DNA of 64,000 nucleotides from Caecitellus pseudoparvulus. Taxonomy: Eukaryota; Protista; Bigyra: Bicosoecida. The position numbers and the translations under genes are program-made. The stretch spans positions 1,240,001-1,304,000 of the forward strand of contig CBFFRQ010000069.1 of NCBI GenBank assembly GCA_965644315.1. The letters run 5' to 3'. Shown here piece by piece: positions 42,388 through 54,328 of this stretch; positions within the stretch are counted from its first letter, which is position 1; each line of letters opens with the position of its first letter. Below the pieces are notes generated by a model, which ran no database searches, had not been told where the DNA came from, and saw nothing but the letters and a program-made list of their open reading frames with translations.

Positions 42388-42618
42388 GGCGAAGGGGGGG
42401 GGGTGATTGGGCGGCACAGCGCGCAAGCACACTCTGTCGACCCGCGCCAGAATACGCTCTGTGTGCTGTGATGTCCGGCACTCCTGCATTGAAATGTGGG
42501 CGGCAGGCATCCGCTGCTGGAGGCCAGCGTCCGCTGCGGAATTTGCACCACCCCCGCGTCAGCGCACTCGGCCACACAGCCCCACGGTTTTCGAGAAGGC
42601 ACGCTCCCACCAAGCACC

Positions 42619-45192
42619 ATGCCCGTCTCTCACGATGATACTGCTTTTGGCTTCTTCGCCCTGACACTCCTCGTCGTCTTCAGCGTGCCAGCGACGTGGT
42701 ATGTTGTTCGACGCGTGGCAGGGGTGACCTGCTACCGCCCAACCACAGAGCAGCAGGTGCGTGGCGAGTGTGCGCACCATGTGGTGCAAGTAGGCAGGCG
42801 TTACTAGCAGTAGGCCATATGCGTGTGTTTGCCCTCATTGCAGGCGCGCTCGTCCGCGGAGCGAGCCAAGGTTCAGAGTCGGCTGGCTAAGGACACTGGC
42901 CTGCACACGCTGGCCACACCTGGCTTCATCACGCTGGCCGTCATGCTCGTGCTGGCATACATTGGGCTGGCCTTCACCCTGAACAGCGTCATGTCCAACG
43001 CTGGCATCAAGCAGTGGGACCCATACGCCATTTTGGACGTCCCTCGGGGGGCCAACGAGCGAGCCATTCGCTCAGCCTACCGCAAGCTGTCGGTGATCCA
43101 CCACCCCGACAAGGGCGGCGACGAGGAAACCTTCATGAACATCGCCAAGGCATACAAGGCCTTGACCGATGAGGTGGCCCGCGAGAACTACGAGAAGTAC
43201 AACAACCCCGATGGCCGGCAGGCCATGGAGGTGGGCCTGGGCCTGCCTTCCTTCATGACAGAGGGCGAGAACTACAACTACATCATGCTGGTGTACCTGC
43301 TGGTCCTGGTGGTGGTGGTGCCCATTGTCATGTGGTTCATCTACTCAGCCAACCGTGGCGAGGACGAAAAGCCCCACCCACTCACAGCTCAGTGGGCACG
43401 CTTTTTCCTCGGCGGGAAGGGCACCTCCCTGCCAGACCTGTTGACAGTGTACGCCCTGTCTGTTGAGGTTGCCTCGCTGCAGTACGTGCCGTCCATTGAT
43501 GATGGGCTGGTGGAGGCCCTGCGCAAGGCCGTGAACAAGGCCCTGCCCAGCGGCGCACGCTTGCGCCCTCTGCCCGACTTTGCCAAGCTGCCGAGGCTCC
43601 CTCCAGTACCAGCGCCAGCCGTGGAACGCAACCGCCTCCTGCTCCTGGCCTTCGTCCTGCGGGTTGATCTGGACGACTGCCTGGAGCCCGCACAGGCAGC
43701 CCGTGCACACGACATCACTCAGAAGCTGCTCGCTCAGTCTGCTCGAGTCATCCGGGGCTTGCTGGCAGGGTGCGCCGGAAACAACTTCCCCACCCTCAAG
43801 ATGGGCAAGGTGTCAGACAAGCAAATCAAGCGCCTCCAGAAGCAAGTCAAGGACGCCTTCCGAGACAAGCCCGTGTACAACTCAGAAGGCCTGCTGGCTG
43901 TTCTGTCTCTGTCGCAAGCGCTTGTGCAGCGGTTGTGGGTGCGAGACCCCAGTTCGAAGGACGCCAACTTGACCTTGAAGCAGCTGCCAGAATTCGATGA
44001 CGAGCGCTGTGCTGCCGCCTTGCCCGCCAGCAAGCGCGGCCCTGCGTACAACCAAGGCCTGCTGGAGTACCTGAACACGCCAGCAGGTCTGCGTGGCGGC
44101 ATGGACGCCTCTGCGCCAGAGCAGCGCACGGAGCTGCTGAGCGTCATGAAGGCCATGCCCAACCTGAAGGTGCAGGTCACAGTCAGTGATCCTCGGGTCG
44201 TGGAGGGCAGCGACGTCACCGTCGGTGGCACCTGCCTCCTGCGTTTGAAGCTGTCCCACCTGAACATGCAGGCAGACGTGCTGTCAGGGCCCCTGTACAC
44301 TGATGCCATGGCAGCCTCGGGCGCCCAGGCTGGCCTCGTTGTGTCCGGTGGTGCAGGCGGCAGCGAAGCTCTTGCAGCACCCAAAGGGGTCATGCACCGG
44401 CACACTGCCGGGCCTGCTGAGGGTGTCAACGCCGCGGCAGTGTTGGTGGACGAAGCTGACTCTGCCGACGTTGCCGATGGCCGCTTGCTCATGCCAGCCA
44501 TGGGCACCGCGGAGATGATGGAGGAGTTTGAGGAAGAAGCCACCCCCGAGGTGCACGCACCATACTTTCCTCGGGCCGTCAATGAGAAGTGGTGGGTGGT
44601 GTTGCTGGACGAGAACAAGCAGGTGGTGGCCCTGGACGCCCTGGGCAGCAGCACGGCTGTGATGAAGAAGACGATGCCATTCCGTGCGCCCATTCACCCA
44701 GGCACCTTTGAGTACACGCTGCACCTCATCTGCAACGCGTACGTGGGGCTGGACCACACCGTAAAGTTCACTCTGGCGGCCGTGCCGGCGGAGGAGGCTG
44801 CGCTGCAGGAGGAGCACACCGCCCAAGAAGACAAGGAGGTCATGTCCGAGAGGGTCGTCACCCTGGAGGAGATGATGCAGGGCGGCACAGAGCTCGTGGA
44901 CGATGACAGTGATGAGGAGGAAGACGAGGGAGAGGCTGCGGGGGTCGGCCTTGGTGCCCCCCGGGACCATGCCGAGCCCGAGGACGACGGCGATGGTGGT
45001 GATGGAGCGCCCGAGGAAGCCATGCCTCAGGTGGAGACGCCAGAGCAGATGTACGAGCGCATTGCACGTGAGTCAGGCGAGAGTGTCGTGGCTGTGCGGC
45101 GCCGCATGAAGCGCAAGGCTGCGAAGGCGGCCAAGGCTGCAAAGACCAGTGCTGATGCGCCGGTGGTGCAGGGTGGCGACGCCCAGGAGTGA
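42619..45192 (+). CDS. SEC63: Translocation protein Sec63 (3 TM, J-domain, Sec63/Brl domain); exons 42619-42756, 42844-45192
   Basis: Intron 42757-42843. Motifs 'WDPYAIL...AYRKLS..HHPDKGGD', 'YNNPDG', 'VHAPYFP...EKWW' and 'CNAYVGLD', plus an acidic tail. Confidence 0.95.
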
Positions 45193-45221
45193 GGAGAGTT
45201 GACCCGGGGGCGCTGGGAATG

Positions 45222-45229
45222 AATGCATT
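45222..45229. terminator. Palindromic AATGCATT: candidate bidirectional polyadenylation signal
   Basis: Lies between the convergent Sec63 and BTB genes and reads AATGCA on both strands. Confidence 0.5.
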
Positions 45230-45332
45230 GCACCCGTTCTTGCACATGGAGAGGAGTGGCGGCCGGATTCGTGTTGTTGTACCAAGGCGGAGGTGGCTGC
45301 GTGCTGGAGGACGCACCTGCTCACCTCACATC

Positions 45333-46794
45333 TCAGTGGACCGCACTCCATGCAGCCAGACTCGCACCCACCACAGCACGCATGCGCCACACCGTGTCAT
45401 CCCCGCCGTCACCCTGCACTGCCACGAACGCACCGCGACTCCCCACCACATCCCCCACTGCCTCCCCGCCGCTGCGCCCGAGACCCACCGCCCACCCCTG
45501 GGCCAAGTCGTGCTCTCCGTCCTCCTCTCCCTCGCCAGACCGCCAAGCAGCCCCACCCCCCTGTCGCCGTGTCATCCACCACGGCACGTCAGCCGTGCTT
45601 CTCCCGCCGCCACCGCGCCGCCGCACAGTTGCGCCACCGCCGCCGCCGCCGCCGCCTCCACCACCGCGGCGCGGTCTCTGCCGCCGCGCTGTGTCACACA
45701 CAACCACTGGTGCGACCACCCTGTCCGCAGCCAGCGCGTCGATGGCGCGAAACGGAAGCAGAGGCAAGGCAGCACCGCGCAAGGCGTCGCTCCGCCCACC
45801 CCCTGCCGAGGCACCGCGAGCTACAGGGCTGGTCTGCCGGGGCTGTGGTGGTGAGGCGAGCGCAGTCAGATGCAAGCGAGGCACATCTCCCCTGCCTGCG
45901 GCATCCTCCCTCACTGCGCTGGCCGCCTGCACTGGCATGGGGTCCGGCCCCTGGGCACTGCCAGGTGCCGGAGAGCGGGGGGAGCTGGCTGCTGAGGTGG
46001 GGCGCAAGGGAGCGCAGGCAGCCGCTGCTCCGCCGCGTGACCCCTTTGTCTCACTGCCCCCCCCTCCCGGCAGACCTGCTCCTGCACGCTCCCGCGCCAG
46101 CCTTTCTCCCCCTGCCACAGCGCCAGGCTGCTTGCTGGGCAGGGGGGCACTCCGACCCGGGCGTGACGCCAGCGCACCCCGCAGCGCCTTGGACAGTGCC
46201 CGGACCAGATCAGTCCCAGCATGGGCCTTGGTCAGTTGTGCCACGGCTACTGGGGTGTGCTCCTTCAGCAGTTGGCGCGCAAGTGCTTGCCGTACATGCC
46301 CCCTCAGCGGCGCCAAGTTCGCAGGGTGCCCCGCAACGTCTCCAAAGTGGGTCGCGGTGAAGGACACAGCAGCGTCCAGACACTGCTGGAACCCGAGGAA
46401 GTCCGATGCCACCATGACTGCTGCCGCGTTGCTGGCACCTGGGGTGGAGCGGGGTCACATGTCACGCCGCGGCACGGCTTGGACAGAAGCCCGGTGCGAA
46501 GCGGTACGCACTCAGGGGCGGTGCTTCAGCCAGTTCAGGATGCAGGCCGGCCACGCCAGGATGCTCCTCTGCTACCAAGGCGTGTGCGCACCGCAGCAAG
46601 CTCTTGAACACAGGCACCTCGCACTCCATCGCGATGGTGCGCTTGGACTGCGGGGCTGCCTCGCCACGTTCCCGAGCAACGCAAACAGCTCCATGCCCAG
46701 CCAAAGTCTGCATCAGCGAAATGACCTGCCATGGCGCAGCAATGGTCTCTGTGGCACCAGTTATGGGGTCTTGCAGGCGAACCAGCACAGACAT
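45333..46794 (-). CDS. SANBR/KIAA1841 (DUF3342)-type BTB domain protein with a low-complexity C-terminus
   Basis: ATG 46794; intron 46439-46511 joins 'IAMECEVPVFKSLL...PPL' to 'SASNAAAVMVASDFLGFQQCL...HF..V...PANL', which resembles the DUF3342 BTB pattern. The 3' end is uncertain. Confidence 0.6.
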
Positions 46795-47096
46795 GGCGCT
46801 GAGCGCAGTGCAACGGTCGCCGTGTGTGCCAATTTCCGCAACCCAGGTGCCGGCGCTTGCCAGTGCCACTGCTGAGGACGAGTGGCGTGCCGAGATCAAG
46901 CTTCACGGGGGGACTGGGAGGCAGCAAGGTTAGGTGTAGGTGTTGAAATTGTGCGCTTGGCTTGCGGAGGTACTGAGGACTGGCGCCGAATGAGACGCGA
47001 AGCTCGCTTTGGCTTGGAGGCCTTGCCCCCAGCATCCGTGAGTAAGAAAAAGCGGGATGAACGCATCCTAAACGAAGGAATGCCGATGGCGAGCGC

Positions 47097-49610
47097 ATGG
47101 TGCTCAGGTCGCCTGATGGGAAGGGACACTTCGAGTTCGCGCGGTCCGGATTCGGAGGAGCGCGTCTTACTTTCTCAAGGCAGACACTTCGCGAGCTGAA
47201 GGGGGGAGGGGCACACCTCAGATATTTGGCAGCGCAGAGAGCTGTTCACTGCACACACTTTCAAAGGTACCGTCCCTGCTCTCTCTTCACTCTTGAGCTG
47301 CGCCATGCACTCGTCTGTGCGGAACTTGCAGCAAACCTGTCAGGTCTGCAACTCGGCACTGCTACGACGAAGACAAACACCCACACCGCTGGCTGCGTAT
47401 CCCTGCCTTACGTGGTCGAAGTGTTGATCACAGACATGGTGCGTGGGGGGCAGAGCGCAGCAGGCAGCTCACGCAGCTTGCAGTGTACAGAGGGAGCTTC
47501 AAGCGCAAGTGCTCGCGTCGACCGCACTCAGCCCCGCCAATCACCCCACCCCTCCTGTACGCAGGCTGGTGCTGCGGTACAAGCAGGCTCAGGGGGTGGG
47601 TCCTTTCCTACGGAGGCGCCAAGCGACGCAGTGCTGGCGTGTCTGAGCAAGGTGCACTGCCTACCAGACAGCGCCGGTCTGGCGGGCTGTGCGCTGAGAG
47701 GACTGGCAGCCATTGGCCGGGGCGAGGCCCCCGAGGTGAACGCTGCCTCCAATGCGACGAGTCTCGTAGATTTGGGGCGCCTGTTGTGTGATGCAGGGGG
47801 TGCGCTGATGGAGCGGGCTGGGCTGCTGAAGGCGCAAATGGAGCGACAGGAAGTGTGTGCTGCGATGCAGTACTTGTCATTCCGGTGCTTCTGCGCGGTG
47901 GAAGTGCTGCAGCAAGCTGCTGCAGGAGTAAGAATAGATGCAGTGCCAGAGGGAAGTGCCGTGTGGGGCAGCATATTGGAGGCATGGCTTTGCGTGCGCG
48001 GTGGGGGCGGCTTGGAAGGTGCTCTGGCTGACCTGACGCGGTGGTGGATCAGCCACAAGGCGCAGGGAGAAGACAGAGGTGGTGTAGAGACCCCGCCATC
48101 CACTGATGTGGGAGATGCAGGCACGGCGAGTGACATGGCAGTTGATCTGGCTTCGATGCGGCAGCAGGCTGAGTGGCTGCGTGGCGAGGCAGCGGACGAG
48201 CTGAGGAGCGACACAGCTGCAGGGCACTTGGAGTCAGCCGCGGCTGCTGTGGAGCAACTCAGGGACATGGCAGCAAGTAGCAGGGTTGTGGGCGTTCGGC
48301 GGCTGCGGCCTGTGCCGGGCATGGACGTTCCGGACGGAGTGCACTGCTTTGAGAACGGGACGGTGCACGTGCTGCAGGTACAAGAAAAGCTAACGCCAGA
48401 CTTTGACACGGGGCGAGGGGAGGTGGAACACTGGTGCAGCAGTGTAGCGGTGGGTGCTGCAGCATTGGCTTGCAGTGTCGCGGCCCTGAAGCGGAGTGAG
48501 GGTGCTCGCTTGGCGCAAGGGCTGCCTCGCTACGCTCAGTCCGTGAGGGGGGCAGCGCTGCAACATTTGTGCACGGGGGCGTCTGTGACAGACCCGGTGG
48601 GCCCCCATAGCAGTGTAGCACTGCAGGTGCACTGTGAAGGTGGCTGGCCGCTTGGTCAGGTGGTAAACGACGAGGCTTGGGTGGACGTGGGGATGAGCGT
48701 GCGCCAGAGGCTGTGCAGGGCAGTGCTTGGGACATGTGCTGCTGCCGAGGCATGTGGCGTTGAGATAGTTGGCGTGGGGTTATCGAGCTTTGTGGTCGCT
48801 GGCGTGCCCTCGTGCAGCGTTGCCGATGTGGCGGAGGCCGTGGAGGCTGGGTCGTGTCAGGTGCTGCTGGGTGCGTGTTCGGGTGTGTGGGCTGGCGGCG
48901 GTCATGGGGCAGAAAGCGGAGTGGGTGGTGTGCTGCGTGGAGTGCTGGGGTTGGCGGCTCAGGGATCGGCTGGCGGCGTGTCTGTCTTGACAGGTGAGGG
49001 AGATGCTGGAGACTTGAGTGAAGTGTTGGAGTGTGTGAGCGCAGGAGGCAGGACTTCCTGCATGGAGGCATACGCGACCCTGTGTCGTGCTGAGGGTGGT
49101 ATGGATAGCAGCGGACTTGCTGGTGCAGATGCAGCGGTGCGTGGGGCCAGCAGTGAGAAACTGTCAGCAGCAGCAGAGGGTGGAGGTCATGTATCGCCCT
49201 TCATTGCTGCATGCAAGAAGGGAAACGTGCCGAGAGTGCGGGAGCTACTGGCCTTGCGTGGGGACACAGCAGTGAATGTCCATGCAGGGGACGGGGATGG
49301 ACCTGAAGCTGGATTCCGACTTGCTTGTGTGCATGGGCACGTAGATGTGGCGAGCGAGCTGATGGGTCTTGACGGCAACCGCGCGGTGGACGTGAGGCCG
49401 TCCAGTTCGTGGGGCGAAGTGCAGGGTGCGGAGGTGCTTTTCACAGGCGGCAACTTTGACATGGTGCGTGCACTGCTGAGAGCTCGGCATGGTGTGCAAG
49501 GGGCTGCAGGTGTCGAGGTGGAGCCAGTGGTGGTGAACGGTAGAGCTGTGCAAACAGCGCTGCTGGGTGCGCAGCGTGCAGTGCAGCGCCACAAAGGAGG
49601 CGGGGGTTAG
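47097..49610 (+). CDS. Putative pseudokinase-like region plus C-terminal ankyrin repeats; strongly G/T-skewed gene
   Basis: Ankyrin-like 'SPFIAACKKGNVPRVRELL' and 'FRLACVHGHVDVASELM'. A degenerate kinase-like segment reads 'RQRLCRAVL...ACGVEIVGVGLSSFVV...QVLLG'. The true start may be ATG ~47435. Confidence 0.6.
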   Translation: MVLRSPDGKGHFEFARSGFGGARLTFSRQTLRELKGGGAHLRYLAAQRAVHCTHFQRYRPCSLFTLELRHALVCAELAANLSGLQLGTATTKTNTHTAGCVSLPYVVEVLITDMVRGGQSAAGSSRSLQCTEGASSASARVDRTQPRQSPHPSCTQAGAAVQAGSGGGSFPTEAPSDAVLACLSKVHCLPDSAGLAGCALRGLAAIGRGEAPEVNAASNATSLVDLGRLLCDAGGALMERAGLLKAQMERQEVCAAMQYLSFRCFCAVEVLQQAAAGVRIDAVPEGSAVWGSILEAWLCVRGGGGLEGALADLTRWWISHKAQGEDRGGVETPPSTDVGDAGTASDMAVDLASMRQQAEWLRGEAADELRSDTAAGHLESAAAAVEQLRDMAASSRVVGVRRLRPVPGMDVPDGVHCFENGTVHVLQVQEKLTPDFDTGRGEVEHWCSSVAVGAAALACSVAALKRSEGARLAQGLPRYAQSVRGAALQHLCTGASVTDPVGPHSSVALQVHCEGGWPLGQVVNDEAWVDVGMSVRQRLCRAVLGTCAAAEACGVEIVGVGLSSFVVAGVPSCSVADVAEAVEAGSCQVLLGACSGVWAGGGHGAESGVGGVLRGVLGLAAQGSAGGVSVLTGEGDAGDLSEVLECVSAGGRTSCMEAYATLCRAEGGMDSSGLAGADAAVRGASSEKLSAAAEGGGHVSPFIAACKKGNVPRVRELLALRGDTAVNVHAGDGDGPEAGFRLACVHGHVDVASELMGLDGNRAVDVRPSSSWGEVQGAEVLFTGGNFDMVRALLRARHGVQGAAGVEVEPVVVNGRAVQTALLGAQRAVQRHKGGGG

Positions 49611-49693
49611 GATTGCGGAGGCCAGTCGTGAGGCGCCAGTGGTGATAGTCGGCACCGCACACAAGTGAGGAGGGCTGTCCAGGGTGGACAGCG

Positions 49694-49705
49694 AATGCAT
49701 GCATT
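49694..49705. terminator. Palindromic AATGCATGCATT: candidate bidirectional polyadenylation signal
   Basis: Lies between the convergent ankyrin gene and SDR39U1. Confidence 0.5.
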
Positions 49706-49721
49706 GCCCCCGCCCTGGAGT

Positions 49722-50832
49722 CTACAGGGCATCTTGCCACCCACCATCCGCAGACAGTCCAGACTTGACTGCCGCGGCGATGTCCGGGTGGCGGAAGCGA
49801 AAGCCACTGTCCAGCAGCTTGGTGGGCACTCCGCGCTGTGACACGAGCAGGGTCTCTTCGCCCATCTGCCCGAAGATGGACTTGACCACCCCCTCAGGCA
49901 TGGGGAAGAGCGTCGGTCGGGTCAAGGCCGAGCCCATGGCCCGCACAAAGTCGGCGTTAGTGGCGGCAGTGGGTGCGCAGGCGTTCACAGGACCCTGCAC
50001 GTCCCGCACCATGCAGTGCTCCACCACTCGCACTGCGTCGGCGAGGGAGAGGTACGACATGAACTGAGTGCCGGGCCCGATGGGACCACCCACACCTAGG
50101 GACACAGGCAGCATCAACTTCTGCATGGCGCCGCCTCGGCGGGACAGGATGACGCCGAAGCGGGGGTTCACCACACGGATGCCGGCGGCGGAGGCAGGCG
50201 CACACTCTCGCTCCCACACCGCTGCCACCTCGGCCAGGAAGCCGCTGCCCTGCTGGCCCCCATCCTGCAGTTCAGCCTGCCCACCATCTCCGTAGTACCC
50301 GATGCCTGACGCTGACACCATCACGGCGGGGGGCGCAGTGACGCTGGCAAGCGCCCGCGCCAGCAGCTGCGTGCCCCGCCGACGACTCTCCATGATCATG
50401 TGCATCTTACGCTCTGTCCAGCGCCCGGTTGCCGCCAGGATGCCTTCGCCAGATCCGATGTTTTCGCCTGTGGTGCACGTGCGGGGGTGGCGGCGGTGCT
50501 CCTGGCGTGGCAGCTCGTGACGTCAGGCGGCGAGTGTGGAGCCACGCACCAGCCAAGTGCACCACTGCATCGAAGCCCTCCAGCTGGCCTGCACTGATGC
50601 TGCCCTCGTATGGGTCCCAGTAAATCTCTTTGTCGCTCCGAGGGGCGTGCCGCACCAGCGTGTAAATCTCGGGGTTGAAGCGATTGAATGGCTTGGCGTG
50701 GGACAGGGAGTGCTGCAGTGCAGAGCCCAACATGCCAGACGCTCCAGAAATCAGCACCCGATAAGGATCGGTGGCGGACTTTCCGGATGTGATGGCCGCT
50801 TTGGCTGCTTTGGCCGCCCTGGAACTCGCCAT
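49722..50832 (-). CDS. SDR39U1: Epimerase family protein SDR39U1 / TIGR01777; exons 50832-50550, 50467-49722
   Basis: Motifs 'VLISGASGMLG', 'DAVVHLAG|ENI' across intron 50468-50549, 'SASGIGYYG', 'GFLAEV...WE', 'GPVNACAP' and 'GFRFRHP'. Confidence 0.93.
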
Positions 50833-51052
50833 GCTGCAAGCCCTGCGAGTCGCCTGAACACCTGACCTTGTGTGTGAAGCTGAAACTCCGCTGAAACGGC
50901 AGTCGGAGGAAACCCCAGACCAAGACAGTCCAGTGGTTTCAGATGCATTGAAGAGAAATATCACAACAGGGATGGTGTTTTGGCTCGAGGAGAAATGGCT
51001 GGCTTTGGCCTGCCCCCCGTACAGGTCGCTTCCCACACGGCTGGACTCGAAG

Positions 51053-52164
51053 TCAGAAGTCATCAGACAACCCCACTGGAGTGCGCGCGGCCAAGACGGG
51101 GGACATGGTGCTGGCAGACGTCAGGTGCGAACTGGAAGCTGTGAATGCTGAGGGCCTGCTGTGCCCTGTTGACGAGCTGGACGTCGCCTTGTTGCCTGCC
51201 AGTGCGCTCAAGTGCGCCGGCGTTCCAGACGTCGTGGAAGCTGTGCTGCCCGACTTCAAGTGCAGTGTGCCTGGCCGCAGCCCGGGTGCTGGTAGTGAGG
51301 CGCTGCTGGGGATGTGATCAGACGCAGACTGGGCGTCGCTGGCGTCGCGGAGGGAGGCAGCGTGGCCGGAGCCGCCTCGCAGGGAGGCGAGGTGCACGCC
51401 CGACACGGCGGCAGTGGAGCCCGAATTTGTCATGGCCAACTGCCGCGTCGCCCCCAGCACGTACATGTCATCACCATCGGCTCCCCGCATGACGATCTGT
51501 GTCGTGCCAGGTACGTCATGGTCGGCCAGAGGCAGGGAGGCGGTGCGCGAGTGAGGGGGCGGAAGGGACGTCCCCCGACTGTCCAACTGAACGGGGGCCG
51601 CAACAGTGCCTGTGGACGGCGTTGTGCCAATGGTGTGCAGTGAAGGCACCGTGCCTTTTCCGACCGTGGTGCTTGAGGAGGGCGCGTGGCGCATGGTCCT
51701 GCCTGCAGGTGCACTAGCACTGCCTGTCGCTGTGCCCTGCTCAGGCACTCCCTGGTTGGCCCGCACGTCGTCAAGGATGCCGCGGCTGTCTGCGCCCCTG
51801 CCTGCCCTTCGGTGCACACAGAACAGTAGCATGGTGCACGCGATTGCCGCTGCCACGAGGCACACGCTCAGCGCGCCGGGCCACGGTGTGTCGGATGGCG
51901 TGGTGTGAGGACGCCTGCGACCGCCAGAAGGGAGGGTGGGACAGGGCAACAGCACCGATGCAGGGGGCAAGAGGCCAACGCACAGGCCAGTTCGAGACGA
52001 ACGTCCCAAAACAGGGAGGGCGGTGAGTGCTGCAGCCTGTGGCAGCCGGCAAGGAGGCGCGGGGTGTGCAGCGTAGGGAAACCTCCCACTCGGACAGCTA
52101 CACGCACGAAAAACCGTGAGCCCCCCGCTCCTCGCGCCACGCTGCCCCGCGCATGGCTGTCCAT
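51053..52164 (-). CDS. Hypothetical single-pass membrane protein with a Ser/Thr-rich tail
   Basis: ORF 51053..52279 with TM 'ALSVCLVAAAIACTMLLFCV'. Two probable 5' GTGCGT...CAG introns; the start is uncertain. Confidence 0.5.
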
Positions 52165-52555
52165 GGAGACCACAGTGGGGATCCTGGTGTGCAGGATTCC
52201 GGCTTTCGAACTCGGCCCGGCGGTGAGAGCAGACACCACCACGGGCTGGATCGGCCCGGTGCCAACTGCAGTTGCTCAAAAGCCGGTAGGCTGAGAGTTG
52301 GGATCGGGAGATGGGCTGGCCTGCAGCACCCTGGCAGGCGTGCTGCCGTGCATTGTCGTAGACGAGGATTTTGTGCAGCAGGTTTTGTCTTGTGTGGCTC
52401 GCTCATGCTCTGACGCTAGTCCGCGACCAGACGTGCCACGACAGCTAGGTGGATGGCGGGGCAGCCCCTGCTCTCTCACGCACACGGCACCAAGTGCATT
52501 CATACGGTACGTTCCAGGAGAATGCCATCCCTCACAGTGTCTGCCCAAGGGTTCC

Positions 52556-53653
52556 TCAAGACTGCCACTTCCCGGTGGCGTTGAACATGCTAGCTCGACG
52601 CAGAGCAGGGTTGCGCACCATGTCGGCGGGGGTCTCACCCACACCCGCAATGGGCGCTTGCACCAGCTTCGCCAGGCCGGTGCTGGCCTGTCCAGACCGA
52701 ACCACACCATGCTGCACTCCAAGGTGTGACGGCACACCAGGCCTTCGAGCAGCCGCACCCACCTGCGTGGTAGGGGTAGCTGGCGACGAGGCAGCACCGC
52801 CAGCACCCCCCGCGCCACGGCTCTGCCCGTAAACGTTGACTGCCTCGTGGGGCGCAGCCGCCAGAATCATGCCACGCAGGTGCTGTCCGCGCCCTGCGCT
52901 GTCGCGAGGCAGGGGCATGCTGGACACGGCAGGGGGTCGCCTGGCTGGAGAAGGGGGGGGCTGGCTGCGACGGCCAGCACCTCTGGAGATGGGCGAGAAC
53001 ACCTGAGGTGATGTGATCATGGCGTGTGTGGCAGGGTGGGGTGGGTGCTGCCCGCTGCCCCACCGAGCGAAGCGGGCTGAGGCAGCAGCGGGGGAGGGAC
53101 GAAAGCGTCCTTCAGCCGTCAAGTGGAAAGGGCTGGTGGCAGGAGAGCCACGAGCCGGAGGGCCCAGAACTTCGCTGCGGCCCTCCTCCTCGGTCATGCC
53201 CGCGACGCTGCCGGCGTAGGAGCTGGCAGTGGCGGCCGCTTCCTGCACGCGCTCTGCGTGCTCCTGCACAAAGCCAGCCAGGAGCGAGCGGCGATCATCC
53301 CCCTGCTGCTCGCGCAGCTCGTACGCACGCCGCGTGATGCGGCTGACCAGGGCCTCGCGCTGATCGGGAGACAGTGATGACAGGAATGTGCGCTGTGCGC
53401 TGCTCAGCACGCTGCCCTTGCCAGTGGTGGAGAAGTGCTGTGTCAAGGCTGCCTGCTTCATGGACAGCGCAGCCGGGCTGATGCGGTGGGAAATGCCCTC
53501 CGTGATGCTGGCATGGGTCATGATGGCAGTGCTGGTGTGGTGCATAAAAGATGCTGCATCCTGGTCGATGCCGCCTTGTGGCGTCTGCATCGTGTCCTGC
53601 GCCAGGGACTGACGGCAGGAAAGCGAGTGTCGCGGCGACGGCTGCACTGGCAC
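52556..53653 (-). CDS. Hypothetical, largely disordered protein
   Basis: 365-aa ORF (first ATG ~53590), followed by the AATGCA 3' motif at 52495-52500. Confidence 0.55.
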   Translation of the reverse strand: MPVQPSPRHSLSCRQSLAQDTMQTPQGGIDQDAASFMHHTSTAIMTHASITEGISHRISPAALSMKQAALTQHFSTTGKGSVLSSAQRTFLSSLSPDQREALVSRITRRAYELREQQGDDRRSLLAGFVQEHAERVQEAAATASSYAGSVAGMTEEEGRSEVLGPPARGSPATSPFHLTAEGRFRPSPAAASARFARWGSGQHPPHPATHAMITSPQVFSPISRGAGRRSQPPPSPARRPPAVSSMPLPRDSAGRGQHLRGMILAAAPHEAVNVYGQSRGAGGAGGAASSPATPTTQVGAAARRPGVPSHLGVQHGVVRSGQASTGLAKLVQAPIAGVGETPADMVRNPALRRASMFNATGKWQS

Positions 53654-53792
53654 GCCTTGTGCGTGCGCCAGGCAGTGTGGGCGGGCGCACAGTGTCGCGC
53701 GCCATAAATGAACACTTCCCAGTGGATGCTTGTTGGATTGTAACTCCCAAATGTGTCAGATTACCTTGTGGCCTACCTGGGGGGGGGGGCAT

Positions 53793-54328
53793 GTTGCAGC
53801 CAAGTGCAGCCAACAGTGTGGCTTCGCTGCGAGGCCCCATGATAGCAGCCTTCCAGAGCTCCACAGCTGCTGACCACCCCCTACATGCACCATGGCGCCG
53901 CAGCACCGGGCCCCTTTGCACACCACAGGACGATTCCAAGTGAAGCATCACAAACAACCCATACCGCGCACCCTGACGCGCGGACCACGCCCACCTTCAC
54001 CGAGGACCCACATGTCACTGCACTGCATTGCAGCCAGCAATCGCTCGCTGACTGCGTCAGACACGACCTCGTGGCCGCCTGCGACGCCTTCGGCCACTCC
54101 GATTTCGTACTGTGCAGCGCCGTGGGCGGCTTCGCTGGGCAGGTGTACGAGAAGTACCTTGCTGCCATTCGAGGCGCCCCCGGCTTCGCTGGTCCGCAAC
54201 AACACCCTGCGTGGGGAGAGACGTTCGGCGCCGCTCTCAGCAGCAGCGCCATGCAGGCGAAGCTGTAGGGGCGGGGGGGCGGGCTCGTTGCGTGAGGCAT
54301 AGCCCCTGGGCTACACGGAGAATGCACG
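53793..54328 (+). repeat. Degenerate dispersed repeat, copy 1 (coding-like remnant)
   Basis: Aligns to 57674-58017; encodes 'HCSQQSLADCVRHDLVAACDAFGHSDFVLCSAVGGFAG'. Confidence 0.9.

Noticed and set aside
45630-45670. (CCG)n run; also (GAGCCC)n at ~16365 and a G-run at ~53779
   Set aside because: These are ordinary low-complexity or microsatellite sequence, not CRISPR or telomeric arrays.
37615-46875. Long antisense ORFs (e.g. 37615..38922, 39511..40602, 45223..46875)
   Set aside because: These are shadow ORFs opposite well-supported genes in GC-rich DNA, with no independent motifs.
3273-52110. Introner-like (transposon-derived) introns
   Set aside because: The introns are similar in length, but I saw no shared internal sequence or terminal repeats between them.
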